Assembly: GCA_965198115.1 (NCBI GenBank)
Contig: OZ240241.1
Span: 5,536,001 to 5,600,000 of the forward strand
DNA: 64,000 nt
Source of the DNA: Candidatus Latescibacterota bacterium
GTDB lineage: Bacteria > Latescibacterota > UBA2968
Reading direction: 5' to 3'
Both the position numbers and the translations under genes were made by a program. Positions 50,073-58,685 of this stretch are shown here, in pieces (the first letter of the stretch is position 1; the number at the start of each line of letters is the position of its first letter). The notes under the pieces were generated by a model. It ran no database searches, was not told the DNA's origin, and saw nothing but the letters and a program-made list of their open reading frames with translations.

Positions 50073-51125
50073 ATGTGGATGAGTTTCTACAACCGGACAG
50101 CCATCGTGGCGCTTGCCTTGGCCTGCGTCCTCGGATTCGGGGTCGGCCGAGTCGATGCGACGCCCGAGAGCCGCGCAGCGGCAAACTTCCTGCTCTACCA
50201 GCCGAGTGCCCGTTCGGCCGGTCTGGGTGATGCGTATGTGGCGATCGCCGACGATGCCAACGCCACGTTCTTCAACCCCGCCGCCCTGGCCGACGACCAG
50301 GGGCGCTCGCTGAGCACGACCTTCTACAAACCGGTTCCTTCCCTCGCCAACGACATCTTCACCTCCTTCGGATCCTATACGCAGCCGATGAGGGGCGTGG
50401 GCAACTTCGGAATCAGCCTCATCTACACGTCACTCGGCACGCAGTTTCGCACGGGCGAACAGGGTGAGGAACTCGGCGAGTTCACGAGTTTCGGAATCGC
50501 GTTCGGCATCTCCTACGGCGCCCACATCACCAAAAACATCTCGCTCGGAATCACGACCAAGCTGATCCACGAGAACCTGGCGGCGCAGGGCGCGGGTGAC
50601 GAGGCCGGGAGCGGAACGGGCACATCCTTCGCCGGCGACATCGGCTTTTTGTGGAAGCCCGGCGACCGCTTCTCCCTCGGGTGGGCTCTGCGGAACGTCG
50701 GCCCGAACATGACGTTCATCGACGCCGACCAGTCCGACCCGCTGCCACAGAACTTTACGATCGGATTCGGCTACAAGGTCCTGCAGCGCAAGAGATATAC
50801 GTTGCTGTTCACGACCGACGTCTACAAGCCCCTCGCAGACGAAGGGTTCGAGTCTTTCATCAGCGGATGGTCCGACGGAGGGGGCTCCGAGGAGATCAAG
50901 GACATCGATTACCACGCTGGAATGGAATGGGCCTATAATCTTTCGGAGTTGTCGGCTTTCGCCCTGAGGGCGGGCTATTCGCACGACGAAGATGGAAACC
51001 GAAAGACCCCGACCTTCGGACTGGGTCTTAAATACGACTGGGCTACGTTCGACCTCTCCTACTTCGCGAACTCGAACGCTGCGGTCCGAAACGTGTTCCG
51101 ATTCAGCGGCGGTTTTACCTTCTAA
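50073..51125 (+). CDS. PorV/PorQ family outer-membrane beta-barrel (T9SS shuttle-like)
   Basis: GGAGG RBS; signal peptide; FL..PSARSAGLGDAYVAIADDANATFFNPAAL; LRAGY; terminal F. Confidence 0.85.
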   Translation: MWMSFYNRTAIVALALACVLGFGVGRVDATPESRAAANFLLYQPSARSAGLGDAYVAIADDANATFFNPAALADDQGRSLSTTFYKPVPSLANDIFTSFGSYTQPMRGVGNFGISLIYTSLGTQFRTGEQGEELGEFTSFGIAFGISYGAHITKNISLGITTKLIHENLAAQGAGDEAGSGTGTSFAGDIGFLWKPGDRFSLGWALRNVGPNMTFIDADQSDPLPQNFTIGFGYKVLQRKRYTLLFTTDVYKPLADEGFESFISGWSDGGGSEEIKDIDYHAGMEWAYNLSELSAFALRAGYSHDEDGNRKTPTFGLGLKYDWATFDLSYFANSNAAVRNVFRFSGGFTF

Positions 51126-51143
51126 GGAACCCTACGGGAATCG

Positions 51144-54100
51144 ATGCAGGTCTCTCGTCCTACAGAGCGTCCGGCCGTTCCACGCATCGGCCGGGCGCTT
51201 TTCTATGTTCTGGGCACCCTGTTCTGTGTGGGTTTCGCGACGCCGACGAGCGTGTTTGCCCAGATCGAGCCCGTCATCGGTAGCCGACGCATCCTGGCCA
51301 TTCGAGTTTCCTTCCCCATCGAAGTCCCCGACGACGAGACCACGAGCGGTGACGGCACGTTCGAACTCCGGTCTTCCGGGGCGGTTTCCGACGACTATCG
51401 ATTTCCCTTCGATCTTCCCCCTCACGATCGCACCTACTTCGAAGCACACCTCAAGGCACTCGCCAACTACTACCGAACCGTCTCGCGGGGCAGCCTCGAA
51501 CTGACCTTCGAAGTCTTTCCTCGTCAGAACGACGCCAGCTACGAGATGGACCAAGCCTTGATCGATTTCGGAAACGGAAGAACCCGACAGGAGATCAACG
51601 AGCGGATCACACGTCTGTTTCGGGACGCCCTCCTCACGGCCGATGCCTCGGACCCCGACATCGATTTCGGGGCGTTCGATCACGTCATCGTGTTCCACGC
51701 CGGCCTGGGGGGAGAATCCTCGAACGCGTTGAACGACGTGCTCTCCGCCTTCATCAACCTCCAGGACCTTGAGACCTACGCCGATGGCGCGCTCGACCTC
51801 GACGGCGCGACCGTCTCTGGCGGTATGCTCTTGCCAGAGGCCGGAAGCGCCGATGGCCGCGGGGGTCTCAACGGGTTGGTCGCCCGATTTTATGCCAACC
51901 AACTCGGTCTGCCGCGACTCGACAATCCCGAGGACGGGTTGACGGCCGTCGGGGACTGGAGCCTGATGGACACGGGCAACATCACCGTGGCTTCATCAGC
52001 GCAACTCGGGCTGTCCAGCCTCACGGGGTCTCCCGCCGACACGATTCTCGTGGGATTCATTCCCAGTCGTCTTCTGGCCTGGTCACGATCCGCCCTCGGG
52101 TGGCTCGACATCCCCGTCGTCGCGCGCGATGACACGCTCAGCATCGCGGCACCCCACGTCGGCGACGGCACGCCTCAGGCCATCCGCGTCCCTATCAGCG
52201 CCGACGAATACTTCCTGGTCGAGAATCGCCTGTCTCGCCTTGCCGTCGAAGGACGTCGGCCCGAGGTCACCCTCTCGACCCCCAACGGCGTGTGGACCGC
52301 CGTCGACGATTACGACGCTCTCATTCCCGGGAGCGGCATCCTCATCTGGCACGTCGACGATGCCGTCATCCGCGCCAGCTCGCCCTTGCATCCGGTCAAC
52401 AGCCACCCCGATTTCCGAGTCCATTTCGACGGATTCGCCGGCACCTACCGCAAGGGCATTGCTCTGGAAGAAGCGGACGGCCTCGAAGACATCGGCAACA
52501 CCTCATCCAGTCGCGTCATCACCGCCGGTGTCATTTCCTTCGCCAACATCAGCGGAAACGCCGTCGATCCCTACTACGTGGGAAACGCCACCCGCTTCGG
52601 GCAAGACACGACACCCTCGAGCGACAGCAACCTCGGCTACTCGACGGGGGTCGAAATCGAAGTCCTGAGCCCTCCGGGCGAGGTGATGGACGTCGCCATC
52701 CGGTTCGGACGACAGCCTGGCGCGTGGCCGGTCACCGGTCTGCAACCCGACGAGCAGGCCTTCCCACGCCTGCTCAAAGGGGATGACGGCCCTGCCATTC
52801 TGCGAGGCAGCCAGACGGGCCCGACCGCGTGGGGATCGAACGGAGAAACCGCACCGATCGATTTCTCCACGGGGCAGTCGGTGGCCGTCGGGACACTCGC
52901 TGCGACGTCGAGCGAAAGTTTCATCTATGCAACGACCGATGGCTCCGGACGCTGGAGCGGCGGTCAAACCCAGACAGTCAGCGGCGCACCCTCATCGATC
53001 CCACCGATCATCGCCCCCTTTCCGATCGATCGGACCGACATCTGGGGACTCGTCGACGGAGCGGTCGAATGGGGCCGATTCTCAGGAGCGATCGGGCGTG
53101 CCGATCTGTCTTCCGAGCCGATCGCCGGTCTGGCGATCGGTGATTTCGAGCCCGACCCCGACCTGGAACTGGCGGCACTGGATGCTTCAGGCCGTCTGTT
53201 CATCGTCGACGGCGATCGCGACGCCCGAGAGCTCGCGGCATTTCCCGTGGCGGTCAGCGGACCTGTCGCCGCCGACCTCGATACCGACGGCAACGAGGAC
53301 ATCGTCGTCCTCTCGACCGACGGCGTCGTTTTCACCGCCCAATTCGATGGAACGCTGACCGAAGGTCGTCCAGTGCCCGGCGGCGCGCAGTCACCACCCG
53401 TCGTGGCGGACATCGATCGGGACGGCTTCGTCGAGGTTCTGTTCGGGGGTCGCGATCGAATCTGGGTCATACGGTTCAACGGCGTCCTCCAGCAGAACGC
53501 CCCCATCGGTCTCCCCCTCAAAGACAGAGTCGGATCGATTACCGCCCCACCCGTCGTCGTCGACGCCGACGGAGACGGAAGCCTGGACATCCTCGTCGCG
53601 ACCGGTCTTGGCTTCATCTACGGTCTCGACGCAAGGGGGAACGCCCTCCCCGGCTTTCCCGTGGCTGCCCACGGCCCGATCGCTACGTCGCCGCTCGTCG
53701 ACGACCTCGAGGGCGACGGCACCCTCGAGCTCGTGGCCTACACCGTTACCGGTGACATTCACCTCTGGCACCTCGAATCCATCGACCCCGCCCTCGTGGG
53801 CAACGAAGTCGTCTGGGGTCAGCAGGGCGGCGGCCCCGGCAACGCCGGCCGTCTCTCGCAGATCATCGCCCCATCCGAACCGGCGGATGTCACCGCGCTC
53901 CTGCCTGCCGATCGCGTTTACTGTTATCCGAATCCTATCCGAACCAGCGAAGCCTTTTTCCGGTTCTACCTGACCCAGGCAGCCGACGTGAGCGTCACCG
54001 TCATCAACCCCCGCGGCGAGGTCGTCGAACGCCTGGCCGCCGACCGAGCCTTCGCACTCACCGACAACGAGATTCGCTGGGATACCTCCGACTACGGCAG

Positions 54101-54182
54101 CGGCTTCTACATCTGCCGCGTCGAGGCCGTTTCCGGTTCTCAGTCCGAGGTTCGGCTCGTCAAGGTCGCCGTCGTCCGATGA
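51144..54182 (+). CDS. Secreted protein: M6-protease-like domain (HExxH lost) + FG-GAP repeats + T9SS type A CTD
   Basis: VIVFHAG, QLGLP, GDWSLMDTG, EYFLVENR, GILIWHVD; repeats ADLDTDG/ADIDRDG/DADGDG; C-terminal YPNP...WD....SGFY...K. Confidence 0.78.
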   Translation: MQVSRPTERPAVPRIGRALFYVLGTLFCVGFATPTSVFAQIEPVIGSRRILAIRVSFPIEVPDDETTSGDGTFELRSSGAVSDDYRFPFDLPPHDRTYFEAHLKALANYYRTVSRGSLELTFEVFPRQNDASYEMDQALIDFGNGRTRQEINERITRLFRDALLTADASDPDIDFGAFDHVIVFHAGLGGESSNALNDVLSAFINLQDLETYADGALDLDGATVSGGMLLPEAGSADGRGGLNGLVARFYANQLGLPRLDNPEDGLTAVGDWSLMDTGNITVASSAQLGLSSLTGSPADTILVGFIPSRLLAWSRSALGWLDIPVVARDDTLSIAAPHVGDGTPQAIRVPISADEYFLVENRLSRLAVEGRRPEVTLSTPNGVWTAVDDYDALIPGSGILIWHVDDAVIRASSPLHPVNSHPDFRVHFDGFAGTYRKGIALEEADGLEDIGNTSSSRVITAGVISFANISGNAVDPYYVGNATRFGQDTTPSSDSNLGYSTGVEIEVLSPPGEVMDVAIRFGRQPGAWPVTGLQPDEQAFPRLLKGDDGPAILRGSQTGPTAWGSNGETAPIDFSTGQSVAVGTLAATSSESFIYATTDGSGRWSGGQTQTVSGAPSSIPPIIAPFPIDRTDIWGLVDGAVEWGRFSGAIGRADLSSEPIAGLAIGDFEPDPDLELAALDASGRLFIVDGDRDARELAAFPVAVSGPVAADLDTDGNEDIVVLSTDGVVFTAQFDGTLTEGRPVPGGAQSPPVVADIDRDGFVEVLFGGRDRIWVIRFNGVLQQNAPIGLPLKDRVGSITAPPVVVDADGDGSLDILVATGLGFIYGLDARGNALPGFPVAAHGPIATSPLVDDLEGDGTLELVAYTVTGDIHLWHLESIDPALVGNEVVWGQQGGGPGNAGRLSQIIAPSEPADVTALLPADRVYCYPNPIRTSEAFFRFYLTQAADVSVTVINPRGEVVERLAADRAFALTDNEIRWDTSDYGSGFYICRVEAVSGSQSEVRLVKVAVVR

Positions 54183-54192
54183 CACGTAAGCC

Positions 54193-57100
54193 ATGACCAA
54201 GCTGAACCAAACTCACACCCTTCTGCTTCTGCTCGTCCTCCTGCTTCCCACGGATGTGCGGGCTCAGTTCTTCAGCGACATCAACCACCCGGAGCTCGAG
54301 TGGTTCGAGATCGAGACGGAGCACTTCCTGATCACCCACCACGCCGGCGCGGAATCCTTCGCACGGCGGGTCGCTCTCATCGCCGAGGAAGTCTACGGTC
54401 CCATCACCCGACTCTACGAGTACGAACCCGCGCACAAGCCCCGTGTCCTCGTCCGGGACATCGACGACGCGAACCGAAGCGCCTACTACCCGGGGACGAA
54501 CACGATCGACTTCTGGGCAACCGGACTCACCCACGACTTTGAACTGCGTGGGGCCAAAACAGACTGGGTGCGGAATGTCTTCACGCACGAGTTTACACAT
54601 CTGATCTCGACCCAGGTCGCCCGCAAGGCCTCTTCCCGTGTGCAGGGCGTCTACCTGCAGACCTTCTTCTACCAGGCCGAAAACCGGCGCGAAGACGTAT
54701 CCGTCACCGGGCTCCCGAACGTCATCACCTCGGTCCTCCTCCCTTCCGAAACTCTCCCACCTTGGTTCACCGAGGGAACGGCGCAGTATATGGCGCAGGG
54801 TGCTCAGCACGACACGTGGGACTCTCACCGCGATATGATCCTGCGACAGGCCACGCTCAACGATCGACTCCTGATGTATGACCAGATGGGTGTCTTCGGG
54901 GCCAAATCGGGGCTCGGTTTCGAGCAGGTCTACGATCACGGTTACGCGCTCACCCTCTACATCGTGAATCGCTTCGGCGAGGACGCCCTCCGCCGTCTCT
55001 ACAGGGCGATGAGCCGTAAATGGAGATACGATTTCAACGGCGCCGTCCACGAGGCCCTGGGCATCTCCGACCGCGCGCTCTACGACGGCTGGAAAGCCAC
55101 GCTCCAGGAGCGATACGCCGTCCAAATGCAGACCGTCTCCGCCGATTCGGCCGTCGGCGAGCTCCGCTATAAAAAGGGCTACGTGAACCTCCACCCCCGG
55201 TGGTCCCCCGACGGCGAAACCCTCGCCTTCGTCAGCAACGCCGGCAGCGACTATGGCCTTACGAACCTGCTCCGCCTGGCCGGCGACGACACGACCGCCA
55301 AACTCGTCGCAGGGGGGGCTCGGACGGCGATCGACTGGTCTCCCGACGGATCCCGCATCGTTTACGCCCGTCGCAGCAAAAGAGACAAACGCGGCTCGGT
55401 CTTTTGGGACCTTTACACGGCCGATCCCTCCGACTCGTCCGGAGTCGGTCTCTGGCGCACCGCAAAGGGCCTGATCGGATTCGACGGTGGATTGCCACCC
55501 GGCCGGTCCCGCCTGACCGAAGGCGCACGGGGCATCCATCCGAACTACTCCCCCGACGGGACCGCCATCGCTTTCGTTCAGAACAGCGACGGTCGCAACC
55601 ACCTGGCTCTGCTCGACGTCGGTGCGGGCACGACGCGCCGGCTGGCCGCATTCGATGACGGCTCCCAATTACACACTCCCGTCTGGTCCCCCGACGGCCG
55701 ACGAATCGCCTTCTCGCTCTTCGGCCCGAGCGGCGACCGCAGCATCGCCGTCATTCCCGCATCGGGCGGCCGCCACCAGCTTCTCGTTCGATCCGACGCG
55801 ACCGACCGGGACCCGTGTTGGACGCCCGACGGAAACCTCGTCTTCGCCTCCGATCGTGACGGCATTTTCAACCTGTATCATCTGAACCTTCAAACGGCCG
55901 CCGTCCATCGCATCACGCGGGTCCCGGGTGGAGCCCTCCATCCCGACGTCCATCCAGACGACGGACGAATCGCCTTCTCCCACTATGGCGACGAAGGCTT
56001 CGAAATTCGAACCATCCAGGGTCAGGGACTGTGGCAACCCGTCGACCCCGGCGTCTTCGCCGTCAGCGTGCAGGCCGACCCGGTCGTCGCGGAGAACACG
56101 TCGGCGACGCCCGCGTCCAAACCCTACGAAACGGACCTCATCGGCCTTCTCGTTTCCCCGCGCCTCGCCATCGACGTCGGCAAACTGAAGCTCGGATTCT
56201 ATGCGTTTTCAACCGAGGCGCTTGGTAAGCAGACACTCTTCGTCCAGGGCCTGATCTCTCACGACCGGGATCTCGAACTGTTCGCCACCTACGAATACAA
56301 GGGATGGAAACCTACCTTCTACCTCACAGGGTTTCGGGTCACCCACCACGTCGAAGAGGACATCGTCGACCGCGACCGGGACGGTAGGGTCTTCAACCGT
56401 ACATTCGCCCTGAATGGCCTCCTGTTTGGCCTCCGCCACCGTCTGCGGAACGGCGGTCAGCTCGACACGCACTTCGAATACAACCGGTTCGGGAACTCCG
56501 TCGACCAGTCGCAGTTCAATGGTCAGAACCGCGCCGTCATCGGGGCTACGTTCCTCAACGCCCTCGATCTCGGTCTGTCCTACCACTATCGGAACGTAAC
56601 GCCCGCGATCGACTCGGAGATCAGCCCCAGCGCGGGTCGGAACGTCTTTTTCCGATACGACCGGAATTTCGATTTCTTTCTAAAGGGATTCGAACCGAAC
56701 TCCACGATCGTCATCGAGCAGTTTCAGAATTTCTTCTACGATCAGCTCGTCGTCGACTGGAGTGAGTATTTTGGCGGTCCGGGCGACAGTTCGATCGGCA
56801 TTCGAGCGTATGGCGGATGGATGGGGGACGTCGTCAACGAGGACGAAGCCGACGGCTACTTCGACTTCCGGTTGGGTGGCCTGCCTTACATGAAAGGATA
56901 TACTTTCTTCAGCATCGAGGGCCGAAAGGCCGCCCTCCTCCGGGGGGCGTGGCGCTTCCCGTTGTGGCGACAGATCGACCGTCAGACCGGCCCTCTCTAC
57001 TCCAGCCACCTCTACGGTTCGGTCTACGCCGGCATCGGACGCGCCTGGGACGGCACTCCCGACGACGATCTTTTCCTCCGGAGCTGGAAGAAGGACGCCG

Positions 57101-57282
57101 GCATCCAGCTACGCTACGAAGGGACCACATTCTACGAATACCCACTCGCCGTCAGCCTGGATGTCGCCTATGGTTTCGACGATGTCCCACTCCAGAAAAT
57201 CACCGACCCCGTCAACCGGAGTGGGCTAAAGCTCTATTTTACCGTTCTGTTCGGATTCTTGCAGAACGTCGGCCTGAATTGA
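54193..57282 (+). CDS. Peptidase MA-like + TolB/PD40 propeller + BamA-like beta-barrel protein
   Basis: Signal peptide; HEFTH and PPWFTEGTAQY; several WSPDG repeats; C-terminal alternating beta-strands with LGG...KGY. Confidence 0.75.
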   Translation: MTKLNQTHTLLLLLVLLLPTDVRAQFFSDINHPELEWFEIETEHFLITHHAGAESFARRVALIAEEVYGPITRLYEYEPAHKPRVLVRDIDDANRSAYYPGTNTIDFWATGLTHDFELRGAKTDWVRNVFTHEFTHLISTQVARKASSRVQGVYLQTFFYQAENRREDVSVTGLPNVITSVLLPSETLPPWFTEGTAQYMAQGAQHDTWDSHRDMILRQATLNDRLLMYDQMGVFGAKSGLGFEQVYDHGYALTLYIVNRFGEDALRRLYRAMSRKWRYDFNGAVHEALGISDRALYDGWKATLQERYAVQMQTVSADSAVGELRYKKGYVNLHPRWSPDGETLAFVSNAGSDYGLTNLLRLAGDDTTAKLVAGGARTAIDWSPDGSRIVYARRSKRDKRGSVFWDLYTADPSDSSGVGLWRTAKGLIGFDGGLPPGRSRLTEGARGIHPNYSPDGTAIAFVQNSDGRNHLALLDVGAGTTRRLAAFDDGSQLHTPVWSPDGRRIAFSLFGPSGDRSIAVIPASGGRHQLLVRSDATDRDPCWTPDGNLVFASDRDGIFNLYHLNLQTAAVHRITRVPGGALHPDVHPDDGRIAFSHYGDEGFEIRTIQGQGLWQPVDPGVFAVSVQADPVVAENTSATPASKPYETDLIGLLVSPRLAIDVGKLKLGFYAFSTEALGKQTLFVQGLISHDRDLELFATYEYKGWKPTFYLTGFRVTHHVEEDIVDRDRDGRVFNRTFALNGLLFGLRHRLRNGGQLDTHFEYNRFGNSVDQSQFNGQNRAVIGATFLNALDLGLSYHYRNVTPAIDSEISPSAGRNVFFRYDRNFDFFLKGFEPNSTIVIEQFQNFFYDQLVVDWSEYFGGPGDSSIGIRAYGGWMGDVVNEDEADGYFDFRLGGLPYMKGYTFFSIEGRKAALLRGAWRFPLWRQIDRQTGPLYSSHLYGSVYAGIGRAWDGTPDDDLFLRSWKKDAGIQLRYEGTTFYEYPLAVSLDVAYGFDDVPLQKITDPVNRSGLKLYFTVLFGFLQNVGLN

Positions 57283-57292
57283 GAGGCAACCC

Positions 57293-58048
57293 ATGAAAAC
57301 CCTTGTCACCTCTTTAGCGTGTCTGGCCCTGTCCTCGTCGCCCGTCGTGGCCGGGCCCTTCGGCACACCGTTGACACCGCGCTCGGACCGGCCCGTCCTT
57401 GCCTACGATTCCGCGTCGGACGAAAAGTCCCCCAAGAAGGCGTTCTTCCTCTCGCTGCTCCTGCCAGGACTGGGCGAGTTCTACGCGGGCGCGAAGGTTC
57501 GGGCCGCCGGTTTTATGGTGGCCGAAGCCCTGACGTGGGTGGCGTATTCCCACTGGAGGAGCAAAGGCACCGATCTGCGGGATGAATTCAGGGCCTATGC
57601 CGACCTCAACTGGAACTTCGCACGCTACCAGGAGTGGCAAGCCTTCAACGCGTCGCTACCGGCCGGCCGGCAGTATATCGAAACCGAAACGCTTCCCTCC
57701 AAGCAGGAGGATGAGCAGCAATACTACGAGCTGATCGGAAAATACGATCAGTTCATCTACGGCTGGTCCGACGTCGCCGGTGAGCCCCTCAGCGCCAACA
57801 ACCAGGGCATCGATTCACCGCTCCAGGCACAGTATGAGATCCTGCGGAACGACAGCAATCAACCCCTCAAGCGAGCATCGGTCGTCATCGGACTCACGGT
57901 CGTGAATAGAATCATCAGTGCCATCCACGCATCGTCCTACACGAGGCTCCGAAACGACTGGACGGAAAAGCGACTCCGTTTCGAGCTCAAGCCCTTCACA
58001 CCGACCGGCCGTCACGGCGTCACCGCCACGATGACCGCGGGCTTCTGA
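57293..58048 (+). CDS. Hypothetical exported/membrane protein (KSPKKAFFLSLLLPGLGEFY type)
   Basis: Signal peptide; SLLLPGLGEFYAG; QQYYELIGKYDQF; NRIISAI. Confidence 0.7.
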   Translation: MKTLVTSLACLALSSSPVVAGPFGTPLTPRSDRPVLAYDSASDEKSPKKAFFLSLLLPGLGEFYAGAKVRAAGFMVAEALTWVAYSHWRSKGTDLRDEFRAYADLNWNFARYQEWQAFNASLPAGRQYIETETLPSKQEDEQQYYELIGKYDQFIYGWSDVAGEPLSANNQGIDSPLQAQYEILRNDSNQPLKRASVVIGLTVVNRIISAIHASSYTRLRNDWTEKRLRFELKPFTPTGRHGVTATMTAGF

Positions 58049-58680
58049 TGCGCGTCGGCGCTTTCATCCTCTCCCTCGTCCTGGCGTTCGGTGGATCCGC
58101 ACACGCTCAGAAAGATCCCAAGAACCCGAAGGCGGCCGCATTGCTCTCGCTTCTCATACCCGGCCTGGGAGAAATCTACGCGGGTGGACATCGGTCCAGC
58201 CGGTTCTTCCTGTTCACCGAAGCCACTTTCTGGACCACCCTGGCCACGTTCAAACACCTCGAATCCTCCCGCGAAGACAACTTCAGAGCCTTCGCGGCCG
58301 AGTACGCCGGACTCGACACAGCCGACAAATCGGACTCCTTCATCGATGACGTCGCGATCTACAACAGCATCTATGCCCGAAACACCCGCGAGCGGTTCGT
58401 CGCCGGAGACCTCGCCGAATTCATCGACGAGACCCCCGAGAACATCTGGGAATGGGATTCCGACACCTCGCGCCGGCAGTTTCGACAACTCCGCAGCAAG
58501 GCCACTTCCGCACGCCAAAAGAGTATGCTCTTCGTCGGCGCGCTCCTCTTCAATCGATTCGCCAGTTCGATCAACGCCGCCCACATCGCCAGAAAAACGC
58601 AACCCCGATCCGTCCAGGTCGGAGCTGCCCCCGACCTGCGATCGGGCGGCGCCTACGGCTACGTCAGAGCCAGTTTCTGA
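58048..58680 (+). CDS. Hypothetical protein, paralog of upstream gene
   Basis: TGATG coupling; KNPKAAALLSLLIPGLGEIYAG; NRFASSINA; terminal F. Confidence 0.7.
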   Translation: MRVGAFILSLVLAFGGSAHAQKDPKNPKAAALLSLLIPGLGEIYAGGHRSSRFFLFTEATFWTTLATFKHLESSREDNFRAFAAEYAGLDTADKSDSFIDDVAIYNSIYARNTRERFVAGDLAEFIDETPENIWEWDSDTSRRQFRQLRSKATSARQKSMLFVGALLFNRFASSINAAHIARKTQPRSVQVGAAPDLRSGGAYGYVRASF

Positions 58681-58685
58681 CCGCA

